A stretch of DNA of 20,000 nucleotides from Malacoraja senta (taxonomy: Eukaryota), in assembly GCA_038087875.1 (NCBI GenBank), contig JAXLNO010000140.1, forward strand, positions 173,155-193,154. Reading direction: 5' to 3'. Numbering within the stretch: the first letter of the stretch is position 1; the number at the start of each line of letters is the position of its first letter. This document shows positions 1-9,952 of this stretch, one piece after another. Both the position numbers and the translations under genes were made by a program. The notes below the pieces were generated by a model that was given only the letters and a program-made list of their open reading frames with translations, searched no databases and was not told the DNA's origin.

Positions 1-106
1 AGCAGCTCAGCCAGACACGGCTGGAGTTGCAGGCTGTACGTGCAGCACAGAAGGACATGGACTCCAGCATGCAAGCTCTGGAAAACAGAATTAAAATATG
101 ACTGGT
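1..106 (+). pseudogene. Partial coiled-coil exon of the SUN-like gene (5' end outside window)
   Basis: Frame 3 reads QLSQTRLELQAVRAAQKDMDSSMQALENRIKI* (heptad-like, TGA at 99-101), followed by a GTAAGT donor at 107. One extra A in the A-run at 93-96 would give ...RIKNMTG and a phase-0 join to the exon at 2822. Confidence 0.6.
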
Positions 107-374
107 GTAAGTTTTCCCATACAGTTTTTTATTTAACTGTAAAATGCCAAAACTTTGCAAAACTTGCCTTGGAGATGATCAAAGAGCTTGAGGTGAAGAG
201 GAAAGTGTGGAAAGTATCTTGCCCTCTTCCCTCCCCTTCTTTAGCACCCAACTCCCACTCACCCCCTCCCTCTCTACCGCGTTCTTCCCTTTCTCTCACT
301 GTCTCTCCTTTTCCCCCTCTGCTCCTTTCCCTGTGTTTACGACGTGGTGTCCTCAACATTGGAGAAACCAAATT

Positions 375-450
375 ACAATACAATACAATACAATTGTATT
401 TGTCTTTTGGACAAATTTGTCATTTGGACCCCAATAGGCATTGGGTTCAA
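375..450 (-). mobile_element. 3' tail of a LINE (Rex1/L2-type) with (CAATA)n microsatellite end
   Basis: tacaatacaatacaatacaa followed by ttgtatttgtc...ttgtcatttgg, a typical antisense LINE tail. Family assignment is uncertain. Confidence 0.4.
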
Positions 451-519
451 TCCAACGGGCACTCCTGAGCTTCCTGTTATCTCATTCTGACTCTTGGATG
501 TGGGAGTGACCGCCCAGTC

Positions 520-1160
520 TGTGACTTCCTGCACTGTTGCAATGAGGCTCAAAGCAATCTTGAGGAATGGCATCTCACCTTCCATTTGGGCTCATGGCAG
601 TCCTCTGGGCTTGAACGGAATTTGATAATCTTGGGTAACTTGATTCCTCTGTTAGTATCAGTTGTCCATTTGTGATAATTGGGTTGGCATGTTTTTTTAA
701 ATCTCTATCCAAATGTGGAGGGCATGTCCATGCTGACCTGCCAGACATGTCTTGTCTGAACAGCGTCTCCACCTGAAACGTCACCCATTCCTTCTCTCCA
801 GAGATGCAGCCTGTCCCGTTGTCTATCTTCGGTTTAAACCAGCATCTGCCGGTCCTCCTAGACATGTCTTCTTGCTCTGCATTTTGCAACTGCTACGATC
901 TTTGTCTATTTGTCTTTTCACCTAATCGCTCCTATTCACTCCTTGACCAGATAACTTTGTGTGCAGCTTATCCCCATGGTCACCTGGTTTTACACTATCA
1001 GAGTCATCCACCCACCTGTGCAGATTTACAAGTTTCTTTTGTCACCTCCCCAGTTCTGACGAAGGGTCTTTGATTTGAAACATGAATTATGTTTCTCTGG
1101 CTACAGATGCAGCCTGACCCGAGTCTCCCAGCCTCCCAGCATTTTGTTTTTCAGATTTAT
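520..1160 (+). mobile_element. Degraded Penelope-like element pieces (GIY-YIG end plus pLTR segments)
   Basis: gcaatgaggctcaaagcaatcttgaggaatggcatctcaccttccatttggg (NEAQSNLEEWHLTFHLG, resembling the PLE endonuclease C-terminus). Degenerate ctgaNga...gaaac / ccagagatgc / aaaccagcatctgc pLTR motifs occur at 756-862 and 1056-1160. Confidence 0.6.
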
Positions 1161-1332
1161 TCCATCTGCAGATTTCACGCATTTATTCTAACTTTTTTTT
1201 CTATATGACTGCCACCTTTCAGTCCATGTTAGCAGACTTCCTCCAATATCTTGGGCTCTTCATTTTTTTGCAGCAGCCTCATATGTGGCAAATGCCTTTT
1301 GGAGATCTAAATACACACTACATTTGCAGGAG

Positions 1333-1498
1333 ATCGACACAAAAAGCTGGAGTAACTCAGCGGGTCAGACAGCATCTCTGGAGAAAACAAATAGAAAAGT
1401 CCTTTTCTCCAGAGATGCTATCTGAGCCGCTAAGTTACTCCAGCTTATTGTGTCTATCTTTGGTTTAAACCAGCATTTGCAGTTCCTTCCTCCTACAT
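1333..1498. repeat. Penelope-derived palindromic element
   Basis: Arms gacacaaaaagctggagtaactcagcgggtcagacagcatctctggagaaaa and ttttctccagagatgctatctgagccgctaagttactccagcttattgtgtc. Confidence 0.75.
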
Positions 1499-1649
1499 TT
1501 ACAGGTTTCCCTTATCAACTCCCTATCACATCCTGTCAAGTTTTGTCACACATGATTTTCATTAAACCATGTCGGCTACGTTTGATTAGATGCAGCTTAC
1601 CAAATGATTAGTTATTTCCTCTTGTGAACTATGAGTGCTGGATGAATTA

Positions 1650-1792
1650 GAATCATAGAGTGATACAGTGTGGAAACGGACCCTTTGGCCCAACTCGCCC
1701 ACACCCACCAACATGTCCCAGCTACACTGGTCACACATGCCTGCGTTTGGTCCACATCCCTCCAAACCTGTCCTATCCATGTACCTGTCAAT
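1650..1792 (-). mobile_element. CR1-type LINE 3' end fragment
   Basis: catagagtgatacagtgtggaaac...ggcccaac...ccctccaaacctgtcctatccatgtacctgtc; a similar copy lies at 4725-4810. Confidence 0.7.
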
Positions 1793-2045
1793 TGACCTAT
1801 AGTTCCCACCTTCTGTTTTACGTGCTGGGAGGCCAGGTGAATCTCACTCACAGCCTCTTCTACTGCTGGTCCAGGTGCCCAGTAAATGTGAGTTCTGCTT
1901 CCAACAACCATTCAGGCAGTGAACCCTTGGCCCACTGTACTAATTGCATCAAACCCTTGTGCTAATTGAATTACATTTCCAACTGTGCAGGAAAGATGGT
2001 TACCTTGTTTATTCTGAATGGACCAGTCAGAATATCATAACCTTA

Positions 2046-2240
2046 TGTGTAGGAAGGAACTGCCACAGATTACACCGCAGATAGACATCAGCGAGACAGG
2101 CAGCATCTCTGGGGGGGTGGGGAGAGGAATGGATGACATTCGAGACATTTGAAGAAGGGTCTCAATCCGAAACATGACCCATTCTTTCTCTCCAGAGATG
2201 CTGCCTGTCCCGCTGAGTCACTCCGGCATTTTGTCTTTTT
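2046..2240. repeat. Penelope-derived palindromic element (degraded)
   Basis: tcagcgagacaggcagcatctctgg...gaagaagggtctcaatccgaaacatgaccc...ccagagatgctgcctgtcccgctgagt. Confidence 0.7.
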
Positions 2241-2479
2241 TTCTATAATATTATAACAACTCAAACAATCTACCTGCTGCAGTTCCTGACGACTCTCTCC
2301 TTGCATCCTTTCTTCTGCCGTCCTGCCAATGTCGTAAACCTTTCTTGTGCCTCTCTAGTGAACTCCCATCAATCCTGTAGCGAGGCAACCAGAATCCACA
2401 CAATGTTACAGGTACGGCTGAGCTAACATTTTCCACAGTTCCAAGATGACTGTCCCACTACCTTCAAAGATCCCACAAC

Positions 2480-2620
2480 AAGATAGACACAAAATGCTGG
2501 AGGAACTCAGCGGGATGGACAGGATCTCTGGAGCATTAGATGCTGCCTGGTCCGCTGAGTAACTCCAGCATTTTGTGTCTATCTTCAGTGTAAACCAGCA
2601 TCTGCATTTCCTTCCTAAAC
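2480..2620. repeat. Penelope-derived palindromic element
   Basis: Perfect inverted ends aagatagacacaaaatgctggag and ctccagcattttgtgtctatctt, then aaaccagcatctgca. Confidence 0.78.
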
Positions 2621-2821
2621 AACAAGCTCTCCAAGATCTTTCTGTTCCCCACCACAGTTCAGTATCCTTTCAGCTATAATGTATTCCCTTGCCTTGTCTC
2701 CCTCGCCAAAGGATAAACAATTGTAAAATAATATATTTTTTAAGATGACAAAGATACTGCTTTGCATTGATTTCAATGTCTACAAGGAGGAGCACTGACT
2801 ATCCAGCTCTTGTGTGTTTAG

Positions 2822-3034
2822 AAGGAGACGGCGTTGCTCCCACTTGTCCACAAGCTGCTCTTCGGTTCATCACAAGACAGCACAGGGGAACCACTGACAG
2901 CACAGCTGGTGCATCACAAGGAACTCGAGGCCCTCCTCGCTGGCTTGGAGAAGAAGATCCTCTCAGATGCATCACTTTATCCTCGTCCGGCAATGGAGAC
3001 ACACTCGGCAGCTGTCAGAGCAGAGATTATTAAG
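2822..3034 (+). CDS. SUN-like gene exon, luminal coiled-coil region (213 nt, phase 0/0, open)
   Basis: tgtgtgtttag acceptor and AAG|gtacaa donor. KETALLPLVHKLLFGSSQD...HKELEALLAGLEKKIL...AVRAEIIK resembles SUN1 VKLLFSEDQ...DLQTMLRDLQLQIL. Confidence 0.8.
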
Positions 3035-3112
3035 GTACAAGCATGCAAGCAGCCAGTGGCTCTAACTCTGGAACACATCATTGTATTTCAGAAATGTAAT
3101 TTATTGATAATA

Positions 3113-3967
3113 CTAGACTAAGTGGGACCCGTTGGGTCCCATGTTCACACGGGAGGGCTGGTCCCCCAACGCAATATTCCACCTCTCCACCAATTCCAAT
3201 ATTGGTGGGGGGGGGGGGCTTTCTGGGTGTTGTGGGCTGAAGGGACTGGTTTCCAGAGGGCTAGTATGGACATTGTGGGCCGAATGGATTATTGGGCTGG
3301 CAGCTCAGTCACTCAAGCCTGGTGTGCTGGCAGCTCACTCACTCACGGCTGGTGGACTGGCAGTTGACTCGAGGCTATTCCTTTAAATTCCATTTCCAGC
3401 AGAGTGCAGGCCACCAAATTCAAATGCAGTTTCCTACCATTTCAAGCAGAGAGCAAGGCCACCAAATTCAAATGCAGTTTCCTACCATTTCAAGCAGGGT
3501 GCAAGGCCACCAAATTCAAAAGCAGTTTCATACCATTTCAAGCAGGGTGCAAGGCCACCAAATTGAAAAGCAGTTTCCTAGGGCCGAGATGGCCTGTTTC
3601 CGTGCTGTTATGGTTATATGGTTACCATTTCAAGCAGGGTGCAAGGCCACCAAGGTGACCGCTCCCTCCCCCATCTTGCAGAGACTGAGCCACTCCCACA
3701 GTTCCGGGTTTTATAGTCCCTCCCCCTCCCACCAGAAGGGGCGTGGCCTTCATGGCAGTGATTGACAGGAGAGAGAATCTCAACATTTTTTAAACACAAA
3801 TAACTCTTTTATTTTTCATCGATGGGAAAAATCCTCTTGCCCTGCGCAGCGGAGGGGGAATCTGAGTAAGATGACTAAAAATCACAACCGTAAGTGGTAG
3901 CGTTTTTTCTAAAATCAAATGCAGTGCAAACAGGAAGTGGTCAAGATGAGACTTTTAATTATATAGA
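3113..3967 (-). mobile_element. Complete non-autonomous Helitron (855 bp)
   Basis: On the - strand it begins TCTATATAATT, ends CTAG, and sits between host A and T with no TSD. It has a subterminal hairpin tgggaccc-gtt-gggtccca at 3123-3141 and an internal minisatellite. Confidence 0.88.
3391..3652. repeat. 48-bp minisatellite (about 4.5 copies) inside the Helitron
   Basis: Unit catttcaagcagggtgcaaggccaccaaattcaaatgcagtttcctac starting near 3391, 3438, 3486 and 3534, resuming at about 3626. Confidence 0.9.
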
Positions 3968-4089
3968 TATATAGTAATGAAATTGGGGCATGTCTTGCTC
4001 TACGTTCCATCAATTCAGCACTTTTGCTTGCAATGTGTCAATGAACACCACATCCTTAAACAGTGCTCCCATGAAGTGTCTGAGAGTCC

Positions 4090-4715
4090 CTCAGTGTCTA
4101 GTGGTGGCCGGACCTTAGACCAAGGCCACTCCCCCACAGCCTCTGTGGTGACTACACTGAGCTTCAGTGTGTCCCTCACACCACATACTCTCGCACCCTG
4201 GAATGTGCCAGTCGGCAGCAATTCATTTACCCACATCTTATGCGGGAAGATCAATGTTTGGGCAGACCAACGTGAGTCTTCCGCTGAGATAATGATCTTC
4301 CAGCAGCAGTTGACATTTATCTTGTGCGTCCCTGTGAAGAGCTCATAGATCACTAATGCACAACTGCTCAGGATGAACCATGACAAGAGCCCTTGCATTC
4401 TTCTTCTGACCTTCCTGTCAAACACCCAGTGCATAAGGAGGTGAATGTTGTCCACACCACAACCATCTCAATGGCAGCGTGCAGTGGGGTGCTTTTCTGA
4501 CAGAGCAGGCAGGGTCTGACTGGGGGGGGCTCCTCACACTACTGTTGGCGAGTTCCTTTGTCTGCTTGGGGAGTCATCTGATGGGATCCATCGAGTCCTT
4601 CTCCCACAGTGCCTGTAGCTCGTTCTACCTTGATCACTTGTGGTCACAGGTAGTTTTCTTCAGGAACCTTTCTGTGAAGGACAGGTAGTAAGGCAATGTC
4701 AAACTGAATGGAACA
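4090..4715 (-). mobile_element. Degraded Tx1-clade non-LTR retrotransposon, ORF2 C-terminal region
   Basis: Minus-strand translation pieces PYYLSFTERFLKKTTCDHK, LWEKDSMDPI and IYELFTGTHKINVNCCWKIIISAEDSRWSA...VRDTLKL resemble Tx1/L1 ORF2 ends. They contain stops and frameshifts. Confidence 0.65.
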
Positions 4716-4724
4716 TTGCATAAA

Positions 4725-4810
4725 TCTACACCGGCCAACATGTCCCAGCTACACTAGTCCCACCTGCCTGTGTTTGCCCCAGATCCCTCCAAACCTGTCC
4801 TATCCATGTC
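4725..4810 (-). mobile_element. CR1-type LINE 3' fragment
   Basis: ccaacatgtcccagctacactagtcccacctgcctg...ccctccaaacctgtcctatccatgt, near-identical to 1707-1780. Confidence 0.65.
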
Positions 4811-5066
4811 AATGTACTGTAATAATTATTGACCTGATCACATAATCCTGCTGCCTTCTATGCAGTAAACTTGGGCTCTCCATCGCTCACTTTTATTACA
4901 CCTTGCTAATTCCAGATTATGGGAATGGATAAGAGGGATCATTTTGTGGGACCTGTTGAAGGGAGCATTGCCCGTCTGGTTTCTGTATGTGTGTGGGCTC
5001 TGCACTCTATTACACTCTACTGCCCCCCTTCTTATCCCAGATTATTGTTGTTTTATCCTTTGGTAG

Positions 5067-5151
5067 GAAGTGAAAAGCATTGTGGAGCAAGCACTGAAAC
5101 TGTACAGAACTGACAGGGTTGGATTGGTGGATTATGCACTGGAATCTGCTG
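5067..5151 (+). CDS. SUN-like gene exon, helix preceding the SUN domain (85 nt, phase 0/1, open)
   Basis: ttttatcctttggtag acceptor and G|gtaagt donor. EVKSIVEQALKLYRTDRVGLVDYALESA(G) matches SUN2 QVHHIVKQALQRYSEDRIGLADYALESG. Confidence 0.93.
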
Positions 5152-5743
5152 GTAAGTATCAGACAAAAGCCCGGGCCAAGTAAAACTCTGAATGTAACAG
5201 ACTGAAAGGGTGTTGTGTGGGCTGGCACTTTAGTCATGTTTGACTTGCTCCTGTGGAATGGGGTCTCTTTCACACTGGGCAATATGTCCTGAATAGGCAA
5301 GTACAAATCTATGTTGACAGTACAGGTTTCCCCAGAGCTGCTGAGGTTCACACTGCTGAATGTTAATTTAACTTGTAACTGCTTGATGTTGCGCCAATCC
5401 ACAACTCATTTAAAGGCCGAGCCATCGGTGGGATGGCCTTGCCCTGGGGCACTATCGGCCATCTTCATTCTGTCCACTGCTCCACCATCCCTGCAAACAC
5501 ATTGGTTACTCTCTTGTGCACTCTCTCCGGCTTCATGCCTTTCTGAGGGCAAGGCAGCCAGGACTGGATGCACCACTCCAGCTGTGGCCAAGCCTGTGTT
5601 TTACAAAGTTCCCCATCACTTCTTTGTTCTTGTACCCTGAGCCGTTATTTATAAAGTACAGGCGTTTTTAAACAACATCCTAAACTTCCTTCTTTCAGTA
5701 AACTAGGCACATATATCACCCATGTGTGTCAGAAGGATGTGAA

Positions 5744-5778
5744 GGTCTGATGAAGGGTCTCGACCCGAAACATCACCC
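5744..5778 (+). ncRNA. Minimal type-I hammerhead ribozyme motif of Penelope-like element origin
   Basis: GGT-CTGATGA-A-GGGTC-TC-GACCC-GAAA-CATC-ACC. It has the core CUGANGA and GAAA, stem II, an AUC cleavage triplet and a 3-bp stem I. Activity is untested. Confidence 0.55.
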
Positions 5779-6014
5779 ATTCCAGAGACACTGTTGTTTC
5801 TTCACTCCTTTTAGAATTGTGCCCTCTAGTTTACATTGCCTTATTCCTCCTCCCAAAATGAAATATTTTCACATTTGAATTACAGCTGTTCAAACCCAAT
5901 TCTGTGTTTGCTTCCAATTCCATGAATATTCCCCAGTTCACAGTATCATCTGCAAATCTGAACTCCGTCATTTAAATGTGTATGAAGAAAAGATGAGTCT
6001 TATTCTGCCCTCTG

Positions 6015-6205
6015 GCCAATTTTACAACTTACATTTAACCTACAAACCTGTACATCTTTGGAGTTTGGGAGGATACCAGAGCACCCGGGAGAAAACGCAC
6101 AGGGAGAATGTACAAACTCCCGTACAGACAGCACCCATAGTCAGGATCAACCCAAGTCTCTGGTGCTGTCAGGCATGAGGTCTACCGATCCGTCACTGTG
6201 CTGCC
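6015..6205 (-). mobile_element. tRNA-derived V-SINE (HE1-like), antisense, degraded
   Basis: aacctacaaacctgtacatctttggag...gggagaatgtacaaactcccgtacagacagcaccc...actgtgctgccc is the reverse complement of the SINE at 11437. Confidence 0.8.
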
Positions 6206-6574
6206 CTGATTTAATTCCTCCCTCTACTGTTGGTTGGCCAGTTTTATTTCCTTAGAAGCAAAGTTTACGTTGCAGAGAAAGTGAGAGAAAAATAGATAGA
6301 CTGGAGACCAGGAGACATTTGAGATAAATGTCGATACCAGCTGGATCGGTGGAGATGCAACTAGTGGCAGAAATGAAATCTTAAACACCTGTAGAAGTGC
6401 AAGAAAAGAAGACAAGCTCATGGTTTGAAATGTGGATAGAAGCTTGGTTCTTCTCAAGCTAACATTGGACAATTGGAATTGTGTAGAAAGCTGAAGATCT
6501 ACTTTAGGTTGCAGCCATCTGCAGAATCACCAGGATGCTGCCTGGATTAGACAGAATGTTAGAGTAGAATATTA

Positions 6575-6994
6575 GCTATAAGGGGAAGAGGTGGACAAAC
6601 GGAATGTTTTTGCTGGAGCGTCAGAGGCTGAGACGAGACCTGATAGAAGTATATAAAATTATGAGAGATATATAGATAGAGTAGGCAGTCCTTTCCCAGG
6701 GTGAAAATGTCAAATACGCCAGGGCATAGAGTTAAGGTGAGAGGGGGGATGTTTAAAGGAGATGTGTGAGGCAAGTTTTTCTTGCACAACTGTAGGTGTG
6801 TTGTCAGGGGAGGTGGTGGAAGCAGATACAATAGTAATCTTTAAAAGGCATTTGGACAGATACATGTACAGACAGGGAGTAGAGGGATGTAGACCATGTC
6901 AGTCAGATGGGATGAGTTAGGCTGACATCATGGTTGGTGTAGACACAGTGGGACAAAAGGGCCTGTTCCTGCGATGTAAATATATGTTCTACAA
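6575..6994 (+). mobile_element. CR1 LINE 3' fragment
   Basis: gctggagcgtcagaggctgagacgagacctgatagaagtatataaaattatg (LERQRLRRDLIEVYKIM), agggcatagagttaaggtgagaggggg, and tail gggcctgttcctgcgatgta. Confidence 0.85.
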
Positions 6995-7265
6995 TATTTT
7001 AAAAATATATGTTCTACAAGATAAATTGTCCTTTCTGGTTAGTCTCTAAACTAGGTCACATGTAATGCTATATGGCTTTATATAATTAAGAAAAAGAACC
7101 TATGCAGACAGCAGTCATTGGTTTGCACATGTTCCCAGCTAACTGCCCACAAATAACAATATTTTTATATCTGGGTCAGCGGGTAGAAGTTTTACTTCCA
7201 TTTTATGTTACAGAAATCTTTATCATTGTGCTTAAATTTTTGCAAAAACAGCATCCTTGTTTATT

Positions 7266-9130
7266 TTTATTTTTTTTGAATGATATTTTTTATTGGATCA
7301 AATACACATCATATTGAAATCATTACATGTATTTCTACATCTACATTACTATTATTATCAAACATTATTCGTGTTGTCTCCAATAGTTGTTTTTTTATAT
7401 AGATAGAAAATAAGAGAGTAGCAGAAAGAAAGAAAAGAAATAAAAAGACAAAGAGAAAAAAAAAGAAAGAGAATAATAAAGAAGAATGGAATAACTTACT
7501 AAAAATACTTCATTAGAAATATATTTGTACATTTCAAAGTATAACTTTTCATCTAATCCTTGGCTCGAGTTTTAGTCAGGTTCTCGTGTTGAACCATTCT
7601 GACCCTTCAAATAATCAATAAATGGAGACCATGTTCTGATAAATAATTCTTGTTTGTCCAATAGGACAAGTCTAATTCTTTCCAAATGTAAGGTCTCCGA
7701 CATTTCTATAATCCACATTTTAATTGTGGGGCTTATAGGACCTTTCCAAAATTTTAGTATTAATTTTTTCCTATGTTAATATATACTATGATCAATAAAG
7801 TTTCTTTGAGTTGTTGTAAGTGTTTGATTTTGTTCTAATATTCCTAGTATTATTAATTTTGATCAGGATCCAATTGAGTGTTGACAACTATAGATATTAT
7901 TCTAAAAATGCCTGCCCAAAATGTTTTAATTTTTATACAATTCGCAAATGTATGAGTTAAGTTAGCATCTAAATGTTGACATTTATCACAAATAGGGGAG
8001 ATATGTGGGAAGATTCTATTTAGTTTTGTTTTAAATAATGTAATCTATGCAATACTTTGAATTGTATTAGAGAGTGTCTGGCATTTAATGAACATTGATG
8101 TATGTGTTGTAAACTTTCTTCCAAGTATCTTTCGTTATTGTTTGATTTAGTTCCCTTTTCCCATGTTTGCCTGTATAAGTCCGTCGATGGTATCTCACTA
8201 TCTTAATAAGGTATTATAAATGTGAGATATACATTTTTCTGTAATAGGATGTTTATTCAAACAGTCATCAAGGATTTCTGAATCTCTAGTTCTAAAGTTT
8301 TGAGTATTTGCTTTAACATAATTTCTAAGTTGTAGATATCTGAAAAAATCATTTAAATGGAGTCCACAAGTCTGTTGTAGCTCCTGAAATGAAAGAAATG
8401 TGCCTTTTCTTATAAAGTTGTCCCATCATTTTTAATTCCATAATTTTTTCCATTGTATGAAACCTTTATCCAACCAATAAAGGGTTATTCACAATGGGAA
8501 GAAAAAGTGATAAATTATCCAATTTTAATGTCTTTTTTTAATTGTTTCCAAATTCGCATACCACTGTATATTATAGGATTTTCCCTATTAATTTTGTTGT
8601 TCATTTTCGAAGTAGCAAATAGTATCGAGCCAATTTCAAAGGGTAAACAATCTTCCTTTTCCATTTTTAACCAATCCGGTTGTTGATCTATTTCTTCCAA
8701 CCAAAAATTCATATTTTTAATGTTAACTGCCCAAAAATAAAACAAAAATTTGGTAAAACTAAACCTCCATTTATTTTTGATTTGCACAAATGTGTTTTGC
8801 TTATCCTATGATTCTTATAATCTCAGATAAAATCAGTAATAATGGAATCTAACTTTTTGAAAAAGTCTTTTGGCAAGTATATCGGAATTGTTTGAAAAAG
8901 GTATAATATTTGCGGTAGAAAAATCATTTTTTTACCAACCATTGAAATAGGAATTGTTTTCCCGTACTGAATATTCTTATGAAGTTTATTCAGTAAAGGG
9001 GGTAAATTTAGTTTAAATAATGATGCATATGTCTTAGTGACATAAATTTCTAGATATTTAAATTTTTCATTTACTATTTTAAACGGGAATTGTTGTAGTA
9101 TATGAGTTTATTATAAATAATATAATAAAC
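7266..9130 (-). mobile_element. 5'-truncated L1-clade LINE (ORF2 3' half, 3' UTR, A-rich tail) with 12-bp TSD
   Basis: Minus-strand pieces FLPQILYLFQTIPIYLPKDFFKKLDSIITDFI, FYFWAVNIKNMNFWLEE and CDKCQHLDANLTHTFANC (CCHC-like). T-rich tail at the left end. TCCTTGTTTATT is repeated at 7254-7265 and 9131-9142. The ORF is broken. Confidence 0.88.
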
Positions 9131-9212
9131 TCCTTGTTTATTATAGTTGTATTGAATGGAAAAACGATGAGAGCAAGTAAATGGTTGAGATTTGGGAGGG
9201 TACTTATCCATC

Positions 9213-9231
9213 CACTGCCACCTGGTGGCCA
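9213..9231 (-). promoter_or_regulatory. Candidate CTCF binding site
   Basis: Minus strand reads TGGCCACCAGGTGGCAGTG, a near-consensus vertebrate CTCF core motif, in non-repetitive intron sequence. Confidence 0.65.
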
Positions 9232-9541
9232 TTCAGCTGTGTATTTAAAGTTTCAGCTGGATTCTGTGCTCCAACCTGTTGGACACTGTATGAAAATTTG
9301 CTTTCAAGTTTACTTAAACAATTGTGATTGTAACATTAAATTATTTCTGCAGTTGTGCTGGATGTGTTGAGTTATTGGACAAATTGTAAAGTTCTTCTCA
9401 GTGGTCAGCATTCAAGCAAAAACTTTCCAATCCCTCTGCTAGTGTTTTGCAGTTCTCTGCAAACCTGCATATTTCTTGAAGGATTCATGATCAACTTTGT
9501 CCATTCAGTGATATGATAATGATTCTGTTTTCTCTTGTTAG

Positions 9542-9657
9542 GTGGCAGTGTGATCCACACACGCTACACAGAGACGTTAGAGACCAAGACTGCTCTTCTT
9601 ACTCTGTTTGGCTTTCCACTGTGGTACCAATCTCACTCACCCAGAGCTGTCATTCAG
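9542..9657 (+). CDS. SUN-domain exon including the KASH-lid (116 nt, phase 1/0, open)
   Basis: ttctgttttctcttgttag acceptor and CAG|gtatat donor. Translates as GGSVIHTRYTETLETKTALLTLFGFPLWYQSHSPRAVIQ. Confidence 0.93.
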
Positions 9658-9952
9658 GTATATACTCCTTGTACTGCTGCTCCCTTCTGTCTTGAAAGCA
9701 GTGACCTTCGAATATTCTCCTAGAGGCAGCAAGGTACAGGGACGCTATAGTTCCACAACTTCAAGATTTACTGTTGGGGGCACCCCAACTAGTGTGTGTC
9801 TTCTGCTTTCCCCAGGTTTATGTGAAACATAATCTGTCTGCATAACAGTTCTTCCCAGTCAGAAGAATGCAAGGTATTGATATATATGTCGAAAAAATCA
9901 TGCATTGGCCCACCATGCGTCCTTGTTCAGTACCACAGTTGTGGGATATGGA

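Noticed and set aside
40..468. 142-aa ORF in the supplied track
   Set aside because: Runs past a GTAAGT donor into pyrimidine-rich intron and a LINE tail; the coiled-coil signal is in another frame.
3292..3765. ORFs with 16-aa repeats (GHQIQMQFPTISSRVQ) and a CRISPR-like appearance
   Set aside because: Head-to-tail 48-bp minisatellite within a Helitron, with no unique spacers and a eukaryotic context.
3981..4010. AAT TGG GGC (NWG) as a possible last SUN exon
   Set aside because: Upstream of the other SUN exons and continues MSCSTFH with no YTC or YRFRVHG.
5010..5640. 130-aa and 109-aa ORFs near the 5067 exon
   Set aside because: No recognisable domain or supporting splice pattern; one is antisense to a real exon.
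6978..7019. 17-bp direct repeat aaatatatgttctacaa
   Set aside because: Small local duplication at a CR1 tail; unremarkable.
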